64,000 bases of DNA, taken from contig CALJTV010000009.1 of the NCBI GenBank assembly GCA_937975645.1, positions 24,850 through 88,849 of the forward strand, read 5' to 3'. A program made the translations under genes and the position numbers. Source of the stretch: an uncultured Dehalococcoidia bacterium (GTDB lineage: Bacteria > Chloroflexota > Dehalococcoidia > GIF9 > UBA5629). Under the pieces are notes generated by a model. That model had not been told where the DNA came from. It ran no database searches and saw nothing but the letters and a program-made list of their open reading frames with translations. The number at the start of each line of letters is the position of its first letter. The first letter of the stretch is position 1. This document shows positions 28,108 to 36,238 of the stretch, piece by piece.

Positions 28108-29334
28108 ATGGCAGGTATTTTCCCCGTAGATGTTGGTCCTCAGTATGAGGGCGAGGTTATCAGAAAAGCTGACCTTTATGTTGAGTTCGGAGGGCCGAAC
28201 GTAAGGAGCAAGTTTGAGCTGGTCACTTTGAAGGGGCTGGATGAGGTGGACAATGAAAAAATAGAGGTAATCGGTCCAGATATGAAGGATATGCAGGAAG
28301 GTGGTAGTTATCCCCTAGGTTTGATGATAGACGTCGCTGGCGAGAAGCTAGAAAAAGATATGGAACCGGTTCTGGAGAGGCGGATACACCTCTATGCTAA
28401 CTATATCGAAGGCTTGTACCATATGAACCAGAGGGACGACATTTGGGTTAGGATAAGCAAGGATTCTTATAACAAGGGGCTCAATTCGCTGGAGGAGATA
28501 GGCAAGATATTGATGTTCCTCTTTACCTCCGAGCTCGATGTAATTGAGAAAATCTCTATAACTTTTGTCACCGATGAGAAGAAGGTCGAAGAACTCATAA
28601 CCAAAGCCAGAGAGATCTATAAGGCTAGAGACGAAAGGGCAAGAGGTTTAAGGGAGGAAGATGTGGAGGAGTTTTACAGTTGTGCCCTTTGCCAGAGCTT
28701 TGCCCCTACTCATATATGCATCGCTACTCCGGAGCGCGTGGCAAACTGTGGTGCGATAAGCTGGTTTGATGGCAGGGCTGCTTATAAGCTCGACCCCGAG
28801 GGACCGGTGCAGGAGGTCAAGAAGGGCGACTGTCTTGACCCGATAAGGGGCGAATATAGCGGTTGCAACGAGCTGGCAGCGGTGAAGTCCATGGGGACCT
28901 ACAACCGCGTCTATCTGCACAGTGCTTTTGAGCATCCGCACACGTCCTGTGGTTGTTTTCAGGCTATCTGGTTCTATATCCCTGAGGTCGATGCTTTTGG
29001 GCTGGTGCACCGCGATTTTGCTGGTCCTACTGTGGTCGGTGTGCCTTTTTCTACCATGGCGGCAGATACCAGTGGTGGCAGACAGGTTGAAGGGTTCCTC
29101 GGTATGGCTCTAGAGTATTTGAGGTCACCGAAATTCCTTCAGGCTGACGGGGGTATCAGGCGGTGTGTCTGGATGCCCAAGGAGATAAAAGAGAAGTATC
29201 GGGATGCCATCCCGGAGGATCTTTTCGATAAAATAGCTACCGAGGAGGATGTCAAAAACGTTGATGAACTGGTGGAGTTCCTCAATCGAGTAGAACATCC
29301 TTGGGTAAAGGGTGAAGTTGAGCTACCCACATAA
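28108..29334 (+). CDS. cdhC: Acetyl-CoA synthase, short archaeal-type beta subunit
   Basis: PVDVGPQYEGE start (no bacterial N-terminal domain), ERRIH, CALCQSFAPTHIC..CG, SCGCF, SPKFLQADGG; about 408 aa. Confidence 0.95.
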   Translation: MAGIFPVDVGPQYEGEVIRKADLYVEFGGPNVRSKFELVTLKGLDEVDNEKIEVIGPDMKDMQEGGSYPLGLMIDVAGEKLEKDMEPVLERRIHLYANYIEGLYHMNQRDDIWVRISKDSYNKGLNSLEEIGKILMFLFTSELDVIEKISITFVTDEKKVEELITKAREIYKARDERARGLREEDVEEFYSCALCQSFAPTHICIATPERVANCGAISWFDGRAAYKLDPEGPVQEVKKGDCLDPIRGEYSGCNELAAVKSMGTYNRVYLHSAFEHPHTSCGCFQAIWFYIPEVDAFGLVHRDFAGPTVVGVPFSTMAADTSGGRQVEGFLGMALEYLRSPKFLQADGGIRRCVWMPKEIKEKYRDAIPEDLFDKIATEEDVKNVDELVEFLNRVEHPWVKGEVELPT

Positions 29335-29366
29335 TGTGTAAGTTTACGTAACACTAGGAGGTAGAT

Positions 29367-30734
29367 ATGCCGCTCAAAGGTACTGATATTGTAAAGAAGC
29401 TGCCTGATGGAGGGAAGAAGAATTGCAAGGAATGTGGGTTCCCGACTTGTTTTGCCTTTGCGATGAAGCTGGCAGCGGCTGGCACCACGCTGGACAAGTG
29501 TCCTTACCTCGCTGCCGATGTCAAAGCTGAACTTGAGGAGGCACTGGCGCCACCCATAAAGTTGGTGACCATTGGCAAAGGAGGCGCTGCACTTCAAATT
29601 GGGAATGAAGAGGTGATCTATCGCCACGAGAAGACTTTTATTCACCCACCTGGTATCGGCTTGCTCATCTCGGACAAAGAACCGGAAACCACGGTTGGTG
29701 ACAAATTAGCAAAAGTGAAGGAGCTGCAGTTCCCTTGGGTGGGACGCGTTCTGAAAGCAGATGTTCTGGCTTTACAGTCCCAGTCCGGAGACAAAAGCAA
29801 ATTTGAGGCTCTGGTGAAACGTGCCTGCGATACCACTGATTTGCCGCTGGTGCTGATTTCAGAGGATGTCGATGTCCTGCTCTCTGGATACCAGCTTTGT
29901 AGTGAAAGGAAGCCGTTACTTTACCCGGTCACCAAGGAAAATATAGAAAAGATTATCGCAGCTGTCAAAAATAAACCGACCCCTCTAGCGGTCAGGGGTA
30001 GTAGCGTCGAAGAGTTGGTGCCATTGACGATTAAACTTAAGGAAGCTGGGCTTGAGGAGATTGTTCTTGACCCCGGTTCGAGAAACTTTAGAGATGCTGT
30101 GCGGGATCAGACGTTGATAAGACGGGCAGCCCTAAAACAGAACTTCAAACCACTGGGTTATCCCACAATCGGTTTCCCGTGTTTCATGAGCAACGATGAA
30201 GTGAAGCAGGTTCTTCTGGCTGCCATGTTTGTTATCAAGTACCCGGGCATTATTATTCTTTCGGATTTTGACCAGTATTCGCTGTTGCCCTTACTGGTGC
30301 AGAGACTAAATATCTACACTGATCCTAGAATTCCAATGTCGGTGGAGCAGAAGATCTACGAAATAGGTGAGCCGACTTCTGAATCCCCTGTGTTGATCAC
30401 CAGCAACTGGGCATTGACCTATTTCATCGTTGCCTCTGAGATTGAAGGCAGCAAAGTCCCGTCGTGGTTGCTGGTTAAGGACACAGAGGGGCTGGGTGTG
30501 CTCACTGGTTGGGCTGCAGGTAAATTCTCGGGAGATTCTATAGGGCCATTTGTCAAAAAGAGTGGAATAGAAGAGAAAGTGAGACACAGGCGGCTTGTCA
30601 TCCCTGGCAAAGTGGCACGGATCAAAGGTGAACTGGAGGAGGCTTTGCCCGGCTGGGAGATAATTGTTGGTCCCAGGGAGGCAAGTGAAATACCAGCTTA
30701 TTTGCCCAACCTAGTTCAGAAGTGGAAGAACTGA
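29367..30734 (+). CDS. acsC: Corrinoid Fe-S protein large subunit (AcsC/CdhE)
   Basis: NCKECGFPTCFAFA...CP, NIYTDP, TSNWALTYF, GVLTGWAAGKF, VGPREA. Confidence 0.95.
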   Translation: MPLKGTDIVKKLPDGGKKNCKECGFPTCFAFAMKLAAAGTTLDKCPYLAADVKAELEEALAPPIKLVTIGKGGAALQIGNEEVIYRHEKTFIHPPGIGLLISDKEPETTVGDKLAKVKELQFPWVGRVLKADVLALQSQSGDKSKFEALVKRACDTTDLPLVLISEDVDVLLSGYQLCSERKPLLYPVTKENIEKIIAAVKNKPTPLAVRGSSVEELVPLTIKLKEAGLEEIVLDPGSRNFRDAVRDQTLIRRAALKQNFKPLGYPTIGFPCFMSNDEVKQVLLAAMFVIKYPGIIILSDFDQYSLLPLLVQRLNIYTDPRIPMSVEQKIYEIGEPTSESPVLITSNWALTYFIVASEIEGSKVPSWLLVKDTEGLGVLTGWAAGKFSGDSIGPFVKKSGIEEKVRHRRLVIPGKVARIKGELEEALPGWEIIVGPREASEIPAYLPNLVQKWKN

Positions 30735-31207
30735 AGGCAGAACTGGCTGATATTCTGGAACCGAGCAAAAGGGACAGGCGGTTTCTGATTTCGCTCCTTC
30801 AGGAAATCCAGCAGAGGCTAGGTTATCTACCCGAAGATGCGATGTTAGCCCTGGCTGATTTTTTAGGTGTGCCGGGGAGCACGGTCTATGGTGTAGCCAC
30901 TTTTTACAACCAGTTCCGTTTCGCACCCCAGGGCAAGCATCAGGTAAAAGTGTGTATGGGCACTGCCTGCCACCTTGCTGGTGGGCAGCTTGTTCTTGAG
31001 GCTATGTCACGCGAGCTGCAGGTGGATGTCGGCGGGGTTACTCCTGACAGAACGTTTGGCTTGGAAAGGGTTGCTTGTGTTGGCTGTTGCGCACTGGCTC
31101 CAGTGGTGGTCATAAACGGTGCTGTTTACCCCAGGATGAGCCCTCCGAAAGTGGAGGAGGTTCTGGTGAACATAAAGTTAGGCAATCGGGAACATACGAT
31201 CGAGTAG
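30722..31207 (+). CDS. HydC/NuoE-like [2Fe-2S] subunit
   Basis: LQEIQ..GYLP, GVATFYNQF, CMGTAC, CVGCCALAP; overlaps the acsC stop by 13 nt. Confidence 0.92.
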   Translation: MEELKAELADILEPSKRDRRFLISLLQEIQQRLGYLPEDAMLALADFLGVPGSTVYGVATFYNQFRFAPQGKHQVKVCMGTACHLAGGQLVLEAMSRELQVDVGGVTPDRTFGLERVACVGCCALAPVVVINGAVYPRMSPPKVEEVLVNIKLGNREHTIE

Positions 31208-31253
31208 TGTTGACTCCGCCCACAGCATGTAGTTCTTCTGTGTAAATTTTTCA

Positions 31254-33134
31254 ATGGTCTTCGATGAGATTCTGAGACGTGCCAAACAAGAATGGGAGTC
31301 GTTCTGTTGTGGTGATGTTCCCAGGATTCTTGTTGGTACAGCCACCTGTGGTCGTGCTGCTGGTGCCCTAGCTGTTGTTGAAGCTCTAAAAAAAGAGCTG
31401 GAGAGATGCAAACTCCAGGCAACTATAACAGAGGTGGGGTGTATAGGTCTTTGTTCGTTCGAGCCTTTGGTAACCATTATTAAGCCGAATTACTTCACCG
31501 TTTGTTACCACAATGTAACTCCTCAGAAAGTCCCGGTGCTTATTGAAAGCTGTATTGCTAATGATGACCCGTGTCTTGATTTAGCTCTTGGGACGGTTGA
31601 CAGAGATGAACGAGGGGCAGTCTACATCCCTGAGTTACCGCGTTTTGAGCATGAGTACCGTGTTCTTTTGCGGAATTGTGGCTATATTGACCCAAGTAAT
31701 CTAAGTCACTATGTTGCCAACGGCGGTTATGGAGGGCTGAAAAAAGCGTTGGGAATGGCACCAGAGGCTGTCATTGAAGAAGTCAAACTCTCCGGGCTGC
31801 GAGGGCGGGGAGGTGCTGGCTTTCCTACGGGTAGGAAATGGGAGCTATGCCGAAAAGCTTCGGATGAGCCCAAATATGTCATCTGTAATGCTGATGAAGG
31901 AGACCCAGGTGCCTTTATGGACAGAGTGCTTCTAGAGAGCGACCCTTATGCGGTGGTGGAAGGCATGACCATCGCTGCATATGCTGTCGGAGCCAAACAG
32001 GGGTTTGTGTATATTCGGGCTGAGTACCCTTTGGCTGTTGAGCGTTTGGAGGCTGCTTTGCATCAGGCGGAAGAATTGGGGCTATTGGGGGAAAATATAC
32101 TTGGCAAGGGATTCGATTTCAGCATTGAGATTGCTAAGGGTGCAGGTGCATTTGTTTCAGGCGAAGAAACTGCGTTAATACATGCAATTGAAGGCAGAAG
32201 AAGCGTACCGCGTGTGAGGCCCCCTTACCCGGCTGAGAAAGGCTTATGGGGCAAACCTACATTGATCAACAATGTCAAAACCTTTGCTTCTGTGCCGCCA
32301 ATTATTGATAAGAGCGCAGGCTGGTTTTCCAGCATAGGCACAGAGAGCAGCAAGGGCACTGCCATGTTTGCCTTGGCTGGCAAACTGGTTAATACTGGTT
32401 TGGTGGAGGTGGCGATGGGGACGACCCTGCGAAAACTCATCTTCGACATTGGCGGTGGCATCCGTGGTGGCAAAAGATTTAAAGCAGTCCAAATTGGAGG
32501 ACCATCTGGCGGTTGTCTGCCAGAGTCTATGCTTGATGTCCCGGTGGATTTTGACTCCTTGCGGCAGGCGGGGGCGATCATGGGTTCCGGGGGTATCATC
32601 GTCATGGATGAAGACAACTGTATGGTGGACACTGCCAAATTTTTTCTTGACTTTATCCAGAAAGAGTCTTGTGGTAAGTGTTCTACCTGCCGTATTGGCA
32701 CTAAACACTTGCTAAACATACTCGAGGATATTACAGCGGGGCGGGGAAAAATCGATGACCTGAACCTGCTGGCCGAACTATGTGAAGATATAAGAGGGGG
32801 TTCTCTGTGTGGTCTTGGTCGCACTGCACCGAATCCAGTGTTAACCACGTTGAGGTATTTCAGGGGCGAATATGAGGCACACGTCTTGGAAAAGAAGTGC
32901 TCGGCGCTGGTGTGCAAGGACTTAATTGCTTACTATATATTACCGGATAAATGCGAACGTGGCTGCGAGCATTGTGTGCTCGCATGTCCAGCAAAGGCGA
33001 TAAGCCCTGGCAGGGGGGGTGTGAAGGTTATAGACCAGAGCAAGTGTACCAAGTGTGGTAGTTGCCAGCTTGTTTGTCCCCCAGAGTACAGCGCGGTGGT
33101 AAAGGTCTCACCGGTGAGTTCATTACCTCGATAG
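31254..33134 (+). CDS. HydB/NuoF-like FMN/NADH-binding subunit with N-terminal [2Fe-2S] and C-terminal 2x[4Fe-4S] domains
   Basis: GLRGRGGAGFPTG, NADEGDPGAFMDR, GAGAFVSGEETA, GGPSGG, ESCGKCSTC...SLCGLG, H-x5-C-x4-C, two ferredoxin-type motifs. Confidence 0.93.
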   Translation: MVFDEILRRAKQEWESFCCGDVPRILVGTATCGRAAGALAVVEALKKELERCKLQATITEVGCIGLCSFEPLVTIIKPNYFTVCYHNVTPQKVPVLIESCIANDDPCLDLALGTVDRDERGAVYIPELPRFEHEYRVLLRNCGYIDPSNLSHYVANGGYGGLKKALGMAPEAVIEEVKLSGLRGRGGAGFPTGRKWELCRKASDEPKYVICNADEGDPGAFMDRVLLESDPYAVVEGMTIAAYAVGAKQGFVYIRAEYPLAVERLEAALHQAEELGLLGENILGKGFDFSIEIAKGAGAFVSGEETALIHAIEGRRSVPRVRPPYPAEKGLWGKPTLINNVKTFASVPPIIDKSAGWFSSIGTESSKGTAMFALAGKLVNTGLVEVAMGTTLRKLIFDIGGGIRGGKRFKAVQIGGPSGGCLPESMLDVPVDFDSLRQAGAIMGSGGIIVMDEDNCMVDTAKFFLDFIQKESCGKCSTCRIGTKHLLNILEDITAGRGKIDDLNLLAELCEDIRGGSLCGLGRTAPNPVLTTLRYFRGEYEAHVLEKKCSALVCKDLIAYYILPDKCERGCEHCVLACPAKAISPGRGGVKVIDQSKCTKCGSCQLVCPPEYSAVVKVSPVSSLPR

Positions 33135-33294
33135 TAAGGATGTGCTATATCTGTAAAACGGCCGGACAAAGAAATTTGCTAGCTTTTTCAGATTAGGCAG
33201 AAGCACTTTTTCTGGATATAATACCTAATTGGTTTTGGGTTGTGCTGGTGATTACAGCATAGTTACTAATTTCTTAAACGGAAAGGAGGCCATT

Positions 33295-34050
33295 ATGGCG
33301 GTGACTATTGTAGTGGCGGGGAAGGGTGGGGTGGGCAAGACAGCAGTGGCTGCATTGCTTATAGAGTCTTTGTCGAAAAAGGGGGTGGTACTGGCTATAG
33401 ATGCCGACCCGAGCACAAATTTGAATCTTGCCTTGGGGCTACCTCTAGGCGAGACGGTGGGTAAGGCTAGGGAAGATATTACCGAAGCGATTCAGAAGGG
33501 TACCCTCTCGCCGACTGTTTCCAAACAGGATGTGCTGGACATGAAGATACGAGAGGCGCTGGTCGAGTCGAATAAGATCGACCTGCTAGCAATGGGTAGA
33601 CCTGAGGGGCCGGGATGTTATTGTGCCGCTAATCATATGCTACGGCTTACTATAGACAGACTAGCCAAAAGTTATGATTACACTGTCATTGATTCAGAGG
33701 CAGGGATGGAGCATATAAGTCGTCAGACGACTCGAGATGTGGATGTACTAATCATAGTTTCGGATGTTACCATACGAGGCATAATGGCAGCTGCCAGGAT
33801 GAAGGAGCTCATAAAGGAGCTGAGGACCAAAGTGGGCAAAATAGTTCTGGTGGTCAACAGGTCAAGAGATGGCTTGCCCCAAGAGATACAAGATGCTATT
33901 CAGAAATACGGGCTGGAGCTAATTGGTGTCATTCCCGAAGACCCATATATAGGTGAGCTTGATATGAAGGGGAGTCCTTTGATCGAGCTTCCAGGAGAAT
34001 CCCCCTTAAGACGTGGGGTTGAGGATATAATTACTAAACTTGGTCTATGA
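33295..34050 (+). CDS. cooC: CooC/AcsF nickel-insertion ATPase
   Basis: GKGGVGKT, IDADP, GPGCYC, DSEAGMEHISR. Confidence 0.93.
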   Translation: MAVTIVVAGKGGVGKTAVAALLIESLSKKGVVLAIDADPSTNLNLALGLPLGETVGKAREDITEAIQKGTLSPTVSKQDVLDMKIREALVESNKIDLLAMGRPEGPGCYCAANHMLRLTIDRLAKSYDYTVIDSEAGMEHISRQTTRDVDVLIIVSDVTIRGIMAAARMKELIKELRTKVGKIVLVVNRSRDGLPQEIQDAIQKYGLELIGVIPEDPYIGELDMKGSPLIELPGESPLRRGVEDIITKLGL

Positions 34051-34087
34051 TCGGTTTCCATTTTCATATCTTGAGAGGTTCTGTTCC

Positions 34088-34501
34088 ATGGGTTCTAAAG
34101 GAAAGAAATTGGTCAGCTTGCGTGAGATAGAGGGGGTAGTAAGCCCTCATCAGCGCCAGATAGATTCTGCGCTGGCAGCACGAAAAGAGGCTCTGGAGTA
34201 CGTCAAAGATGTGGCCGGGCTAGCAAAGTACATTGGAGGTAAAGTTGAGTCGCTCGGGATCGGCGAAGACTGGGCTTTGTGTAAGCGGATATTTCCGGGT
34301 GTAACGGTGTATTTCGTCTTCACCAAGTCTGACGAAGAATTTCCTAGTAGCTTGAAGGTCCTTTTTTCGGGCAGAAGAATAAGCGTTATGAAAGGCGAGG
34401 ACCTCGCGGGGTTCGTCATACTCTATGTAAATCACATGCTCAGGTATATTAGAGAAACGATGGCAAACGAGACGCTGCCTGAAGTATGCTACAGAGTATA
34501 A
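34088..34501 (+). CDS. DUF3786-like protein
   Basis: IFPGV.......SDEEFPS...LF....EDL pattern; this family often sits at the end of acs clusters. Confidence 0.55.
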   Translation: MGSKGKKLVSLREIEGVVSPHQRQIDSALAARKEALEYVKDVAGLAKYIGGKVESLGIGEDWALCKRIFPGVTVYFVFTKSDEEFPSSLKVLFSGRRISVMKGEDLAGFVILYVNHMLRYIRETMANETLPEVCYRV

Positions 34502-34553
34502 AATTACAGGCAGTTTATGAAAATAGATGGCATAGCAATCCCTTCCCGATTCA

Positions 34554-36188
34554 CTAGCCGGCTCTACCAAACTCTTTTTCCAACTCGTGAGAGCTCAGGT
34601 GGACCATGGTTGGTCTACCATGGGGACATGTTTGTGGTTGTGATGTCCTCTCCAATTGTCTGATCAGCCCTATCATCTCTTCAAAGGAAAGGTTGTCTCC
34701 AGCTTTAACTGCGCTATGGCAAGCTATGGCTAGCGCTATCCTCTCGGCAAGTCTTTCAAGCCCCGTTTCGCTCTCTAGCGATTCTATCAGGTTATGAACT
34801 GTCTCAATAAAGCTTGTTCCTTTCATCATCGCAGGCACCGCTCTCAACAGGTAAACTCTTATTCCAAAGGGTTCTAGTTTTATGCCGAACTGTTCCAGTA
34901 ACTTACCATGAGCTTTAACAAGTTGGTCATGTTTGGAGTCTAGCTCTAGACAGACTGGCTCTAGAAGCCCTTGTATTTCCACCTTTTGTCGCGAGTGCTG
35001 TTCCAGTATCCTTTCGAATAAGACCCGTTCGTGAGCGGCATGCTGGTCTATCAGGAAAAGACCGTTAACTCCTTCGGCAATTATGTAGGTATTCGCTAGT
35101 TGTCCTATTACTCTGAGGATGTGAATACCGGGCATATCGTTCTGTGAGGTCAGCAGATATCGTGTCGATGATCCTGGTTGTATGTATAGCATTTTAGCGC
35201 CGGAAACTGTCTCCAGTCTCCTCCGCACAGAGTGGCGAACGAATGTGAATATGGCATGACTGTCATGGAATTTGACCTCTGCCTTCGCGGGGTGGACGTT
35301 CACGTCCATTTCTTGTGGAGGCAAGGAAAGGTTCAAAATCACAATAGGATATCTCTCAGACATTAACCAGCCGTGATAGGCTTCTTCTGTAGCGCGGGTG
35401 AGAATGTTGCTGTGAACCCAGCGACGGTTGACAAAAAAGTCCATATGACTTCGTGTAGAGCGGCTCAGTGAAGGTGGGCTGAGAAAGCCAGAGATAAGCA
35501 AAGAGCCTTGCTTTTCCCGGATCTCGATCATTTGTTTCACAAAGTCGGAGCTGTAAATAATGGAGAGCACATCTTGGAGCTCTCCATTGCCAGGCGTTGA
35601 TAGAACTTCGTGCCCCTCGAGCAGAAGACGGAACTTCACTTCAGGAAAAGCTAGCGCATAGTGATAGACGGTGTCTGCTATATGCCCGTTTTCAGTAGCT
35701 GCCGACTTCAGAAACTTCAGTCGAGCCGGGAAATTTCGGAACAGGTGACGTACGGTAACGGATGTACCTCGGCGATAGCTTCGAGTCTCTTTTTTAATTA
35801 TGGCTCCGTTTTCTACCAGAACAAAGGTGCCAGTATCATCTTCTTCAGTTTTGGTCACCATCTCCACCTGTGATACTGCTGCTATGCTTGGCAAAGCTTC
35901 GCCGCGGAACCCAAGCGTAACTATTCTCTGCAGGTCGTCCAGTGTGCTGATCTTGCTAGTGGCGTAACGTTCAAAAGCGAGGTTTATTTGGCTTTTGGGG
36001 ATGCCGCTACCATTGTCGCTGACCCTGATTAGTTTCAGCCCACTGCCTTGTGCTTCTACCAAGACCTCTGTGGCACAGGCGTCAAGAGAGTTTTCTATCA
36101 GTTCTTTGACCACCGATGCAGGGCGTTCCACAATTTCGCCAGCAGCAATCTTGGCGATTACCTCTTGTGGCAGTACCTTAATTGGCAT
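34554..36188 (-). CDS. mutL: DNA mismatch repair endonuclease MutL
   Basis: IAAGEIVERPASVVKELIENSLDA, GFRGEAL, DVNVHP, DQHAAHE, ACH, CPHGRP. Confidence 0.96.
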   Translation of the reverse strand: MPIKVLPQEVIAKIAAGEIVERPASVVKELIENSLDACATEVLVEAQGSGLKLIRVSDNGSGIPKSQINLAFERYATSKISTLDDLQRIVTLGFRGEALPSIAAVSQVEMVTKTEEDDTGTFVLVENGAIIKKETRSYRRGTSVTVRHLFRNFPARLKFLKSAATENGHIADTVYHYALAFPEVKFRLLLEGHEVLSTPGNGELQDVLSIIYSSDFVKQMIEIREKQGSLLISGFLSPPSLSRSTRSHMDFFVNRRWVHSNILTRATEEAYHGWLMSERYPIVILNLSLPPQEMDVNVHPAKAEVKFHDSHAIFTFVRHSVRRRLETVSGAKMLYIQPGSSTRYLLTSQNDMPGIHILRVIGQLANTYIIAEGVNGLFLIDQHAAHERVLFERILEQHSRQKVEIQGLLEPVCLELDSKHDQLVKAHGKLLEQFGIKLEPFGIRVYLLRAVPAMMKGTSFIETVHNLIESLESETGLERLAERIALAIACHSAVKAGDNLSFEEMIGLIRQLERTSQPQTCPHGRPTMVHLSSHELEKEFGRAG

Positions 36189-36238
36189 TTTAATCCATTC
36201 TGCAGGTTGAAGAGTGTGTGTAAGTAAAAAACAGGACT

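Noticed and set aside
30722..33134. Respiratory complex I nuoEF
   Set aside because: No other nuo genes nearby, and the extra N- and C-terminal Fe-S domains are HydB-type.
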